Source of the DNA: a virus
Virus record (IMG/VR): IMGVR_UViG_3300033463_000364
Strand: one strand, 5' to 3'
Length of the DNA stretch: 40,880 bases
In this document: piece after piece, positions 1 through 9,509 of the stretch
Numbering within the stretch: the stretch's first letter is position 1
Layout of the letters: each line of letters begins with the position of its first letter
Position numbers and translations under genes: made by a program
The notes under the pieces: model-generated
Databases searched by the model: none
Told to the model about the DNA's origin: nothing
What the model saw: the letters and a program-made list of their open reading frames with translations, nothing else

Positions 1-765
<765 letters not shown>

Positions 766-775
766 GAGGCAATAG

Positions 776-982
776 ATGTTGTGGGGTAAGAAGAAGCCGC
801 CGGAGAGAAAGCCTCATTGCCAGTTGTGCAATCGGGATTTTGTAAGCAAAGAGGAAGATCGTCTTATCAACGAGCTTTCAGAGTGCCATAGATATGAGGG
901 GGTATCGGATATATGTGAGGACTGTGCTGCCGCTTGTGAACAGTACAGGACAAAGTATTTTTTGGATAATTTTAGGGGATAA
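776..982 (+). CDS. Small Cys-rich (zinc-ribbon-like) hypothetical protein
   Basis: 68 aa with CQLC ... CEDCAAAC; RBS GGAGG upstream. Confidence 0.45.
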   Translation: MLWGKKKPPERKPHCQLCNRDFVSKEEDRLINELSECHRYEGVSDICEDCAAACEQYRTKYFLDNFRG

Positions 983-984
983 TT

Positions 985-1392
985 ATGGATTGTGATAAGA
1001 GGGAGATACTTTTCAGAGGCAAGCGACTGGATAATGGTGAGTGGACACAGGGCTTTCTGTTCAAGATTTGGAACAAGGCTTTCATTCAATGGGGTACAAT
1101 CAATGGCTTTCCCGACATGAAAGAAGTAGACCCGGAAACAGTAGGCCAGTATACAGGTATTCACGACAGAAACGGAAAGCCGATTTTTGAGGGAGATTTT
1201 GTCAAGACTGATTTAGAGCGGCCTTATAACATCGTGGTCTTTAGAAACGGGTGCTTCTTGTTCAACTGCAATGATGGCGGCGAGGATTATTTTGACACAA
1301 TAGAGAATATATCAAGCCCGGAGGTTGTACAGGATGGCTACTGGGAAGTAATCGGCAATATTCACGACAACCCGGAGTTAAAGAAAAAATGA
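985..1392 (+). CDS. YopX-family phage protein
   Basis: FRGKRLDNGEWTQG ... VGQYTGIHDRNGKPIFEGD ... YWEVIGNIHDNPEL is the typical YopX signature. Confidence 0.75.
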   Translation: MDCDKREILFRGKRLDNGEWTQGFLFKIWNKAFIQWGTINGFPDMKEVDPETVGQYTGIHDRNGKPIFEGDFVKTDLERPYNIVVFRNGCFLFNCNDGGEDYFDTIENISSPEVVQDGYWEVIGNIHDNPELKKK

Positions 1393-1895
1393 CTCATCCA
1401 GAACTGTGCCGACTTGCAGCAGAACATTTTGTAAGAATGCTTGCTGTTTATGAAGTTAAGATACAGGGCCTGTCTGAGCTTCCAGATGTGATTACATGGG
1501 ACGGAGGCTGGACATCATGGGTATATGAAATAAAGCTGTCCAGATCGGACTTCCTTGCAGACTTGAAAAAGAAATGCAGGAAGGAAAAACGGCAGTGCGG
1601 TGATTACCGATACTATGTATGCAATGGCGATTTCATTAAGCCAGAAGAGCTGCCGACAGGCTGGGGGTTGTACTGGTACATTGACGGCAAGTTCTTATTC
1701 CAGAAGGGAAGTTGTGATCATTGCCCGCACATACGGCTTTATCAGCTTGAAAAAATGAGGCCATATGACCATAAAGCATGGCACCTGGAGCAGAGGATAT
1801 TGACTCACCAGTTGGTATGTGGTACTGCTTTCGGGCTGAAAAATATTGTTTTTGCCAAAAGATATAAAAGACATATTTTAGGGAGGGGAAAATGA
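1389..1895 (+). CDS. MmcB-like PD-(D/E)xK nuclease-fold protein
   Basis: ELPDVITWDG ... VYEIKLSRSDFLAD ... YRYYVC resembles the D..E.K core of the MmcB/VRR-NUC-like family (recollection). Confidence 0.5.
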   Translation: MTHPELCRLAAEHFVRMLAVYEVKIQGLSELPDVITWDGGWTSWVYEIKLSRSDFLADLKKKCRKEKRQCGDYRYYVCNGDFIKPEELPTGWGLYWYIDGKFLFQKGSCDHCPHIRLYQLEKMRPYDHKAWHLEQRILTHQLVCGTAFGLKNIVFAKRYKRHILGRGK

Positions 1896-2074
1896 GTGGA
1901 AATGTAAGTTCAAGCAGTGGAATAGGATTTGTCGGACTGCTTCAGGTGGCTTTTATCGTGCTGAAGCTGTGCGGAGTCATCGGCTGGAGCTGGCCTGTAG
2001 TGCTGCTGCCTGCGTTCATAGGCGCAGGGCTGTTCGTCATTGCCTTTGTCGCAGTAGTGTTCTTCAATCTGTGA
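1892..2074 (+). CDS. Small hydrophobic membrane protein
   Basis: 60 aa with two predicted TM stretches (GFVGLLQVAFIVLKL, LLPAFIGAGLFVIAFVAVVFF); ATGA coupling to the upstream gene. Confidence 0.5.
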   Translation: MSGNVSSSSGIGFVGLLQVAFIVLKLCGVIGWSWPVVLLPAFIGAGLFVIAFVAVVFFNL

Positions 2075-2075
2075 T

Positions 2076-2636
2076 ATGGCAATAGACCGCTACGCAACCC
2101 GGCACTGTCCTGTCCTGGTTTATTCTCCGGACGGCAATGTTGAGGAATATGTGTCCATATCGGAATGCGCAAGGGCAAGAGGACTGTCCGTGCAGCAGGT
2201 GAAGCACTACCTCCACCACGACTGCGCCGACAGTGCCGGGAATGAGTATGACATCCCGGTGACTGCCCCATGGTGCACTGCGGCACAGATTTCCCAGACT
2301 CCGGCAGGGGTTGTGGAACGGATAAGACTTATAAGAACTACGCCGGAATATGACTGGCGATTTGAGGAGGGGAAAATGAAGATCATACCTAAACAGGATT
2401 ATGTCCTGCTTGAGAGGCAGGAGGAGAGCAAGACAAAGAGCGGGCTTTATATCCCGGAGAGCCAGGACGCAAAGCTGCTCATAGGACTTGTGAAGGAAGT
2501 GGCCGAGAATGTGGAGTCCATAATGCCGGGACAGAAGGTTCTCTATCCGGTATCGGATGCCACCAGCGTAAAGGTTGACAGCAAGACTCTTTACCTTGTT
2601 CCGGCCGGATCCATCTATGCAGTGATGGAGGAATGA
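2076..2636 (+). CDS. Protein with C-terminal GroES/Cpn10-like co-chaperonin domain (possibly also made separately from internal ATG 2376)
   Basis: MKIIPKQDYVLLERQEESKTKSGLYIPESQ ... PGQKVLY ... LYLVPAGSIYAVMEE parallels GroES (IRPLHDRVIVKR..ETKSAGGIVL ... ILAIVE). A strong GAGGAGG RBS lies upstream of the in-frame ATG at 2376. Confidence 0.6.
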   Translation: MAIDRYATRHCPVLVYSPDGNVEEYVSISECARARGLSVQQVKHYLHHDCADSAGNEYDIPVTAPWCTAAQISQTPAGVVERIRLIRTTPEYDWRFEEGKMKIIPKQDYVLLERQEESKTKSGLYIPESQDAKLLIGLVKEVAENVESIMPGQKVLYPVSDATSVKVDSKTLYLVPAGSIYAVMEE

Positions 2637-2872
2637 TGCAGAGGTACGAGGACAGCGAGCGGGCTATTGAGCAGTCGGGCCGGGGAATGTGCCTGTCAAG
2701 GGATTACTTTGACGTGACGAACCGCTTCGGCAAGAGGTACAGGGCACGGATAATGCGCAGGGGCGGACACGACTACTGCTTTGTGTTCGCCACCATGCCG
2801 TCCATCAGGATTGAGGGAGTCTCCCCGACCTCCAGCGAGATAGACCGGGTGAGACAGTGGGAGGCTTTTTAG
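2633..2872 (+). CDS. Hypothetical protein
   Basis: 79-aa ORF, ATGA-coupled to the upstream gene; no recognisable motif. Confidence 0.4.
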   Translation: MMQRYEDSERAIEQSGRGMCLSRDYFDVTNRFGKRYRARIMRRGGHDYCFVFATMPSIRIEGVSPTSSEIDRVRQWEAF

Positions 2873-3405
2873 TGGCTAATGCCTACACTATTGATAAACT
2901 TGACCCCAAGACCAAGAAAGCTCTGGTAAAAGACATACTTTCCGGTGTGCCAGATAAGAAAATTGCGGACAATTACGGACTTGCCAAGAACTGTATTGCA
3001 AGATACCGGGAAAGCAAGCTGTTCAAGGCCGTTGCAGAGGTATGGGCAGAACAGAAGATGGATATTGCCCAGGGCTATGAGGCTAAGTTTGAGAATATCG
3101 CCAAGAGGCTTAATAAGGTGCTTGATGCGATAGACAAGGAGCTTGACCAGAGAGGTACAGGGGAGTACGACCTATCGGATCCGGACAGGGCAAGCTCTTA
3201 TGTCAAGATGCTCAATGACACCAGCAGAACGTTGCAGGCCAATATAAAGGAGCTTGCGCAAATACAGGGCGCAATAAAAGAGACTGTCACTATCCAAAAC
3301 AACCCGACCTTGATTCTTGCCCAGATAGGCCAGGTTGTGCAGCAGGCTTCCGGCAAGGAGGATATAATTGCCAGACTTAAGCAGCTTAGAAGGGCTAACC
3401 AATAA
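2857..3405 (+). CDS. terS: Putative terminase small subunit (start probably GTG 2872)
   Basis: N-terminal HTH-like segment (KKIADNYGLAKNCIARYRES), coiled C-terminus, position directly upstream of the large terminase. GGGAGG lies 7 nt before GTG 2872. Confidence 0.5.
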   Translation: MGGFLVANAYTIDKLDPKTKKALVKDILSGVPDKKIADNYGLAKNCIARYRESKLFKAVAEVWAEQKMDIAQGYEAKFENIAKRLNKVLDAIDKELDQRGTGEYDLSDPDRASSYVKMLNDTSRTLQANIKELAQIQGAIKETVTIQNNPTLILAQIGQVVQQASGKEDIIARLKQLRRANQ

Positions 3406-4318
3406 TCAGATAGACTGGCTTATAGGGTACTGGTCCCGGCAGGAGTATGTTAGACTGCTGGGCTTCCAGCCGTTCTCTTGGCAGGATGTTGTCCTGGCTT
3501 CCGTCAGCCCACGTATAATTATCAATGCGTCCCGGCAATCCGGAAAGAGTACAATCACATCCACATATCCATGCTGGACCGCCAAGTATACGGAAAAGAG
3601 CCTTTCAATAGTGCTTGCGCCCACCGAGAGCCAGAGCCAGGATGACATGGAGAAGGTACAGGAGTTCATTTTGAGCGACAACACCTACCCGCAGCATGAC
3701 CCGCCGGCAGCAACCCACGTGAAGGTGACAGAGACCAGAAGCAAGATAAGGGTAGTTCCGGCCACACAGAGCGCAAGAGGCAAATCAAAGCCGAATGTGG
3801 TTATCCTGGATGAGGCAAGCCAGATTGATGACCTTATCTATGCCGAGGTTGTAAAGCCTATGTTCACCGATAACCCCGGCAGGCTTATCCTCCTCTCCAC
3901 ACCGCACGGCAAGCACGGCTTCTTTTTTGATATTTTCTGCAATCCGAGGCCAAAGGACCCCTGGGAACGTTACGAGATCCGCAGCCCCTGGGAGCCGGTT
4001 GAGACACCGCACGGCCTTGACCTGGTGCCTTATATGGATGGCGATGAGAAAGCCTACCAGGAGGAGCGGGCCAAGCACGGCATAAAGGCGTGGTTTTCTC
4101 CCAGGCACCGGAACTATGACGAGCAGCTTGAGAACCTTTACGATATGGGAATACGTAAATATAAGCAGGAGTATTGCTGCGAGTTTGTAGAGACAGAGGC
4201 CAACGTGTTCTCCTATGCGGAAGTTGAGCGCATGTTCGGCCAGAAGGTGCAGGACACGCCGGAGGTGAAGGCGGCAAAGCCGAGCACCATTGATTTTTCA
4301 AGCATGGGGGCAAGATGA
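3368..4318 (+). CDS. terL: Terminase large subunit, ATPase domain ORF (start uncertain; TTG at 3368)
   Basis: Walker A-like NASRQSGKST, Walker B VVILDEASQ, then LLSTPHG coupling-type motif. Confidence 0.75.
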   Translation: MPDLSSLEGLTNNQIDWLIGYWSRQEYVRLLGFQPFSWQDVVLASVSPRIIINASRQSGKSTITSTYPCWTAKYTEKSLSIVLAPTESQSQDDMEKVQEFILSDNTYPQHDPPAATHVKVTETRSKIRVVPATQSARGKSKPNVVILDEASQIDDLIYAEVVKPMFTDNPGRLILLSTPHGKHGFFFDIFCNPRPKDPWERYEIRSPWEPVETPHGLDLVPYMDGDEKAYQEERAKHGIKAWFSPRHRNYDEQLENLYDMGIRKYKQEYCCEFVETEANVFSYAEVERMFGQKVQDTPEVKAAKPSTIDFSSMGAR

Positions 4319-5019
4319 AGGAATACACGCTTGTGTGGGACGTGGCAAAGCAGAACGACGCCACAGTTATCCAGATCTACCGCAGGACTCCCGAGTTCAT
4401 AGGGGAGCGGAACCAGAGGATGTTCGTATACAATGACCTGATATGGCAGACGATGTGGGAGCAGGTGCCATACACCGAGCAGGTGGAGCGGGTCTACACT
4501 CTCCTTGAGGGCGAGCAGCTGAAGAACAACAACCATCTGCTGCTTGACGGTACAGGAGTGGGCCAGGCCGTGGCCGACATAGCCAGGGCAAAGACTCTAC
4601 AGCCTCTTGAGATAGTCTTTTCTGCCGGGGTCAAGGAGCAGCCGCTCTACATGGGAGGTGCCGACAGGAGGTTTGGAGGTGGCATGGAGATGAACGTGCT
4701 CAGGGGCTGGTCCGTGCCGAAGGTCGATATGATAGACGCCGCAAAGGTGATGATGGAGCAGAACCGCATCCGGGTTGCGCCGGATATTCCATACGAGGCG
4801 ATGTTCAAGCAGCAGCTCCTCCACTTCCAGGGCAAGGTGAACGAGAAGGGGCACACCACATACGGCAATGACGAGATAGCAAAGCATGACGACTTTGTGG
4901 CAGCCTTCATAATGGCGCAATGGTGGTTCCGCAGGTGTGAGGCCGAGACGAAGGCCCTGGAACGGCCGGTGAAGAAGCAGACGGAGTACACCTGGAACCC
5001 CTTTGATTACACAATATAA
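4315..5019 (+). CDS. terL: Terminase large subunit, RNase-H-like nuclease domain ORF
   Basis: YTLVWDVAKQNDATVI, LLLDGTGVG and AKHDDFVAAFIMAQWW give the acidic-residue pattern of the terminase nuclease. The ATG overlaps the stop of the ATPase ORF (ATGA). Confidence 0.7.
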   Translation: MKEYTLVWDVAKQNDATVIQIYRRTPEFIGERNQRMFVYNDLIWQTMWEQVPYTEQVERVYTLLEGEQLKNNNHLLLDGTGVGQAVADIARAKTLQPLEIVFSAGVKEQPLYMGGADRRFGGGMEMNVLRGWSVPKVDMIDAAKVMMEQNRIRVAPDIPYEAMFKQQLLHFQGKVNEKGHTTYGNDEIAKHDDFVAAFIMAQWWFRRCEAETKALERPVKKQTEYTWNPFDYTI

Positions 5020-5032
5020 TACATAGAACCCA

Positions 5033-5066
5033 CAAAAGTGGCACATGGTCTCCCAAAAGTGGCACA
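5033..5066 (+). promoter_or_regulatory. Paired 13-bp boxes CAAAAGTGGCACA (5033-5045 and 5054-5066, 21-bp phasing), copy 1 of a 34-bp element
   Basis: Direct repeat read in the sequence. A near-identical 34-bp element is at 27775-27808. Confidence 0.6.
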
Positions 5067-5082
5067 CCGGGGGTTTTTTTTT
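5050..5082 (+). terminator. Possible intrinsic terminator after the terminase genes
   Basis: CTCCC (5050-5054) can pair with GGGGG (5069-5073), followed by T9 (5074-5082). The stem is weak and the loop long. Confidence 0.35.
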
Positions 5083-5102
5083 ATCGCAAGGTACTTGACA
5101 AT

Positions 5103-6758
5103 GTGCTCATGATTACAAAAGAACAGCTCCAGAAGCTGACCAATGCCAAGACTCAGCTTGAGACAGAGCGGGAAGTTTTCCTGCGGAAATGGAAGGACAT
5201 TGCCCGCCAGATGAGCCTTTCATACGGCGGCTGGGGACACGAGGCCACACAGAAGAGCCTGGACGATACAAAGAGCGTTTACGACAACACGGCCAACGAG
5301 AGCTCAAACCTGATGGCGGACGGACTCATGGGCTCCTGTTTCGGACGGAGCATAGCATGGTTCAAGATGATGTTCGAGGACGAGGAGAAGAACATAAACG
5401 AGGCCGCCGCAGGCTGGCTCTCCGACACCGAGAAACGGATATACAAGCAGCTCAACAGATCCAACTTCTACGACGAGGCCAGAACCTTCGTCCGTGGCGA
5501 TGCCGACTTCTCCACAGCAGTGATGTGGATGGGCGACGACACCACGGAAGGCATGCCGTTCTTCAAGTTCCTGCATCTCAAGGACGTATGTCTCATGGAG
5601 GACCGGTTCGGCAGGGTGGACACACTCTTCCGTGACTTCTGGCTCACCAAGGACGAGGCCATAGAGCTCTTCGGCGAGGACCGGCTCCCGGTGACTATAA
5701 AGCAGTCCGAGGACTACACGAAAAAGTGGAAGTTCTGCCAGTATGTAGGGCCTGCCGGACGCTTCAGGCTGAACGTGAAAGGCGAGGGAGAGTATATTTC
5801 TGTCTACTGGTGCGGAGAAAAGTGTGATGAGTCCATCAAGGAGGAGCGTTACGACGCCAAGCCTTTCGTGGCACTGAGATGGAACCGGGACCCGGAGGGA
5901 AGCGCATACGGCACCCAGGGACCCGGACTCATGCAGCTGTCAAACATCAAGACCGTGAATATTCTCTCAGAGAACCTGCTGAGAAAGTCACAGCTTATCG
6001 CCAGCCCGCCAATCAAGCGGACAGAAGGGCTGGTTATAAATATAAAACCTGCCGGAGTCACAGACCTGAAGGCAGGCGAGGACTTCGCACCGGTGAATGT
6101 GACCGGCGACCTTTCATTTACAGAGACCGAGCGGGAGCGGCTGAGGAACTGCATCAAGGAGGCTTATTATACAAACTTCTTCCTGATGCTTGCCAGATCT
6201 GTCGACAAGACAAAGACAGCCACAGAGGTCGCCGCCCTTATGAACGAGCAGAGCAACATCATGGCGGCATTCTTCAACAGGCTGGCCACAGAGTTCCTGG
6301 AGCCGGTGCTCCGGTTCGTATACGACCTTGAGTACAAGAACGGACGGCTTGCAGATCTCCCGGAGGAGATCAAGGGAGAGTTTGCTGGCAAGCCGCTCAA
6401 GATAGTGTTTGTCTCACCGATGTTCCTGATGCAGAAGCAGAGCCACGCAACAGAGCAGCCTATGAAGGCTCTGGCGCAGATTATGGCAATGGCCCAGGCT
6501 AACCCGGACATCCTGATGAAGATTGACTGGGACAAGACCGTGGACAACATCGCCGAGGGCTACAGCGTGAAGAAGGAGATACTGCTGGACGAGGAGAAGT
6601 ACAGACAGCTCAAGGAGTCCGTTGCACAGCAGAGGGCGCAGGAGCAGGCCATGGCACAGCGGATGGCAGAGGCCAAGATGGGTGCCGAGAATTACAAGAA
6701 CCTGAGCGGCGCACCGGAGCAGGGCAGCGCAGCGGAGGCGATGATCAATGGCAGATAA
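5103..6758 (+). CDS. Portal protein (T7 gp8-like head-tail connector); start GTG 5103 or ATG 5109
   Basis: 551 aa directly after the terminase. TATEVAALMNEQSNIMAAFFNRLATEFLEPVLRFVYDL parallels the T7 gp8 segment TAEEIRYVASELEDTLGGVYSILSQELQLPLVRVLL; Q/A-rich C-terminal tail. Confidence 0.7.
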   Translation: MLMITKEQLQKLTNAKTQLETEREVFLRKWKDIARQMSLSYGGWGHEATQKSLDDTKSVYDNTANESSNLMADGLMGSCFGRSIAWFKMMFEDEEKNINEAAAGWLSDTEKRIYKQLNRSNFYDEARTFVRGDADFSTAVMWMGDDTTEGMPFFKFLHLKDVCLMEDRFGRVDTLFRDFWLTKDEAIELFGEDRLPVTIKQSEDYTKKWKFCQYVGPAGRFRLNVKGEGEYISVYWCGEKCDESIKEERYDAKPFVALRWNRDPEGSAYGTQGPGLMQLSNIKTVNILSENLLRKSQLIASPPIKRTEGLVINIKPAGVTDLKAGEDFAPVNVTGDLSFTETERERLRNCIKEAYYTNFFLMLARSVDKTKTATEVAALMNEQSNIMAAFFNRLATEFLEPVLRFVYDLEYKNGRLADLPEEIKGEFAGKPLKIVFVSPMFLMQKQSHATEQPMKALAQIMAMAQANPDILMKIDWDKTVDNIAEGYSVKKEILLDEEKYRQLKESVAQQRAQEQAMAQRMAEAKMGAENYKNLSGAPEQGSAAEAMINGR

Positions 6759-7023
6759 AAGAACAACAAACCCGGAGCTCGAGATACGGCACATGTTCCA
6801 GAGTGTGTTCGGCACAGAGGAAGGTCGCATAGTGGCGGCCAACATTTTTGCCAACCTGGGCTTCTTCGAGACAGACCCCAGCCGGATAAAGCCGGAGCTC
6901 ATAGCGTTTGCGCACAGGCTCCAGCACGACATGGGGATAAATGTGGAGCCTAACTGGCACGACTACGTGGACAAGATGTTTGAGGCGTCCACAGATACAG
7001 ACCTGATCCATAAGGAGGACTGA
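6748..7023 (+). CDS. Hypothetical protein between portal and scaffold
   Basis: 91-aa ORF; overlaps the portal stop by 11 nt. Confidence 0.45.
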   Translation: MADKRTTNPELEIRHMFQSVFGTEEGRIVAANIFANLGFFETDPSRIKPELIAFAHRLQHDMGINVEPNWHDYVDKMFEASTDTDLIHKED

Positions 7024-7862
7024 TGAAGTTATTCAGATATTTTTTGGACGAGCCCACAGACCAGGGCGGAGGCGGGATTGACAATTTCATTCCCAAGGAC
7101 AACCCGGATGACAAGGGCAAACCGCAGGAGCCGGACAACCAGAAGCCTGAGAACCCGGCATGGACAAGCCAGCTCCCAAAGGAGACAAGGGAGAACGCTG
7201 ACATAATGAAGCGCATATCGGGGCACAAGAACATTGTGGACCTGGTGAACGCTTTAATCGCCAGCGAGGATGCGGGCAAGGATGCCCTGCACGTTCCGAC
7301 AAAGGACTCAAAGCCGGAGGAAGTCAAGGAGTTCTTCAAGAAGCTGGGAGTGCCGGAGAAGGCCTCGGACTACGCACTGTCCGACTACGACCTTGACACA
7401 GAGTCAATCAAAAAGACAAAGGAGATCTTCATGGAGGCCGCCCACCGGAGCGCACTCTCCAAGCGGCAGGCAGAGAACATGTGGATGAGCCAGGTGGCAC
7501 TCTACAAGGCAGTGGTGCAGATCAACGAGGCGGAGGCCGAGAAGCAGAAGGCAGCCTTCGAGCCTGCATACAGCAAGCTGCTTGAGGCGGAGTACCCGGA
7601 AGCCACCGAGCGGGACAAGGCGATGAAGAGCGAGATGGCACTCATCACCAAGTTCTCTCAGGAACTGGGCATAGGGAAGGCACTTGCTGACAGCGGACTT
7701 GCGAACAACGCAGAAGTCATGCACAAGCTGGCAGGCTATGTGAAGTCGCACACCCCGGACTTCATCCAGGGAGGCAAGGCTCCGCAGGCAAAGCATCCGG
7801 CGCACAAGGGCAAGTTTGACGATTATTCGCCGCAGTTCCTGGAAGCGGCAGGAGTGAGATGA
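7023..7862 (+). CDS. Putative scaffolding protein
   Basis: 279 aa, acidic, helical/coiled, low-complexity N-terminus. It sits between the portal and capsid genes, as T7 gp9 does. Confidence 0.55.
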   Translation: MKLFRYFLDEPTDQGGGGIDNFIPKDNPDDKGKPQEPDNQKPENPAWTSQLPKETRENADIMKRISGHKNIVDLVNALIASEDAGKDALHVPTKDSKPEEVKEFFKKLGVPEKASDYALSDYDLDTESIKKTKEIFMEAAHRSALSKRQAENMWMSQVALYKAVVQINEAEAEKQKAAFEPAYSKLLEAEYPEATERDKAMKSEMALITKFSQELGIGKALADSGLANNAEVMHKLAGYVKSHTPDFIQGGKAPQAKHPAHKGKFDDYSPQFLEAAGVR

Positions 7863-8017
7863 TGGGACTTCTTGATGAATTTCTTACAGATCTGAAGAAA
7901 GAACCGGAACCCGAGAAAAAGGAGCCGGAAAAAGGGAAAAAGGGAATGTTCGATGATGCTTATTCACAGGCATTCAGGGACTTATGCAATGGAAAAACCC
8001 CTCCGTCGGAGGGTTGA
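7859..8017 (+). CDS. Possible small charged protein (52 aa)
   Basis: The ATG overlaps the scaffold stop. Reads MMGLLDEFLTDLKKEPEPEKKEPEKGKKGMFDDAYSQAFRDLCNGKTPPSEG. Absent from the ORF track because it is under 60 aa. Confidence 0.3.
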   Translation: MMGLLDEFLTDLKKEPEPEKKEPEKGKKGMFDDAYSQAFRDLCNGKTPPSEG

Positions 8018-8132
8018 ATAAAAAGCATGGTGAAAACGGACCTTGAAGAAATAGCCTGGAAGCTTGACTGCGGCAGGTGAAAGGATAGAGGGGACAGTAA
8101 GCGATGCGCACTAAAAAGGGAGAGTAGACAAG

Positions 8133-9080
8133 ATGGCTACAATCATTTCTTATCAGCCAACCAATATTGTCGAGGCCCAGCGCAAAGCAGGCTTCACTAA
8201 TACGGCTGAATTTCTGGGGGAGATGGTGAAGATCAAGGATCTTCTCAAGTTCCTCCCGTTCCTTGAGGCCAACCATGGTTTCTTCCATGAGTGGACTGAG
8301 GCCAACAGACTGGGCAAGGGTAAGTTTGCCAAAGCCAACACAGCAATACCGCTGATCAGCTCTGGCTCTGACGTGCTCAGAGAGAGCGTTTTCCTGTATG
8401 AGGGTGAGTCACAGGTTGACAACCGCATTCTGGAGGGCGTAGAGGACAAGATGGCTGTCCGTGATGCAGAGGACGCCTCCAACATGGAGGGCTTCATGCA
8501 GGGATGGCTTGACGAGCTGTTCTATGGCAACGACCCTGACGGCTTCCTGGGACTTGCTGCGAGACGTGCAACCCCGGACTCAGACGTTACATGGGACGCA
8601 GGCGGATCCGGCGCAAGCTGTACTTCCGCATGGCTGTTCGAGTTCGGACCAAACGGTTTCAACATCCGCTATCCGAAGAACGCACAGCCTGGCTTCTCCA
8701 CCCAGGACAACGGGCTTGAGAGAGTCAACGCACCTGACGGAACAGGCCAGATGAAGGCATGGACCAGACTCTACAAGATGTGGGGCGGTCTACAGATCAA
8801 GCGCAAGCACGCTCTTATGAGAATGGGAAGCATCGACTCCGGACATCCATTCACAGCAGCGCAGTTCATCGAGATGAAGAACAAGCTGCCTTCAATGGGC
8901 CGGGACGCTGTGGCATTCTCCAACAGAGACGTCCACGCAATGATCGAGAAGGAGGCATGGAACAAGTCCAACATGGCTTATACCATCGTCGATTACGAAG
9001 GTTTCGGACCTGTGACAAGAGTCGTGGGTATTCCGATGCTCATTGAAGAGACAATCCTCTCTTCAGAGAGCGACATTTAA
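8133..9080 (+). CDS. Major capsid protein
   Basis: 315 aa with a good RBS, placed after the scaffold and followed by a decoration-like gene and a strong terminator. Size and position fit an HK97-fold MCP. Confidence 0.65.
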   Translation: MATIISYQPTNIVEAQRKAGFTNTAEFLGEMVKIKDLLKFLPFLEANHGFFHEWTEANRLGKGKFAKANTAIPLISSGSDVLRESVFLYEGESQVDNRILEGVEDKMAVRDAEDASNMEGFMQGWLDELFYGNDPDGFLGLAARRATPDSDVTWDAGGSGASCTSAWLFEFGPNGFNIRYPKNAQPGFSTQDNGLERVNAPDGTGQMKAWTRLYKMWGGLQIKRKHALMRMGSIDSGHPFTAAQFIEMKNKLPSMGRDAVAFSNRDVHAMIEKEAWNKSNMAYTIVDYEGFGPVTRVVGIPMLIEETILSSESDI

Positions 9081-9091
9081 GGAGGCATGCA

Positions 9092-9466
9092 ATGAAAGAT
9101 ACTCAGCTTTATTGCGGTATTATCGCAGCGGCCACCAAACAGACCAGGGCTTACTCAGCAGATGTGCTTGACCTGGGCGCAGCCTGCCACCTGGGAGACG
9201 TGCATGGACTCTATGCATGCTTCAGGCTGGGCGAGGATGTAGCTTCAGGAGACACCTACCTGTTCGAGCTTTATGACAGTGCGGACAACTCAACCTTTGC
9301 AAAGATTGTGGACAACGGCGCAGCCATCACCACAGGAAAGGCAGGGGACGTTATCTGCGTGCCTATCCCTAAGAACGTGAGACGGTATGTCAAGATGGCT
9401 GTCTACCCTGACAGCTCCGGCACACTTGATGCCCAGGACATCACCGGCTGGCTTGAGTTCAGATGA
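9092..9466 (+). CDS. Possible capsid decoration/cement protein
   Basis: 124-aa beta-rich ORF immediately after the MCP and inside the same terminator-bounded unit. Resemblance to Bbp16-type cement proteins is recollection only. Confidence 0.3.
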   Translation: MKDTQLYCGIIAAATKQTRAYSADVLDLGAACHLGDVHGLYACFRLGEDVASGDTYLFELYDSADNSTFAKIVDNGAAITTGKAGDVICVPIPKNVRRYVKMAVYPDSSGTLDAQDITGWLEFR

Positions 9467-9473
9467 TGGCGCA

Positions 9474-9498
9474 GGGCGGGGCAACCCGCCCTTATTTT
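9474..9498 (+). terminator. Rho-independent terminator after the capsid genes
   Basis: GGGCGGG-GCAA-CCCGCCC followed by TTATTTT. Confidence 0.8.
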
Positions 9499-9509
9499 GG
9501 AGGCTTTGA

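Noticed and set aside
4285-4320. Programmed -1 ribosomal frameshift joining the two terminase ORFs
   Set aside because: The -1 frame is open only from 4294, and no canonical slippery heptamer sits in the 0-frame there. ATGA coupling or an assembly indel in the T5 run are simpler explanations.
5095-5100. TTGACA hexamers at 5095 and 27828 as complete sigma-70 promoters
   Set aside because: No acceptable -10 hexamer lies at 16-18 nt spacing in either case; 5095 is only 3 nt from the portal start. They are mentioned only as conserved neighbours of the box element.
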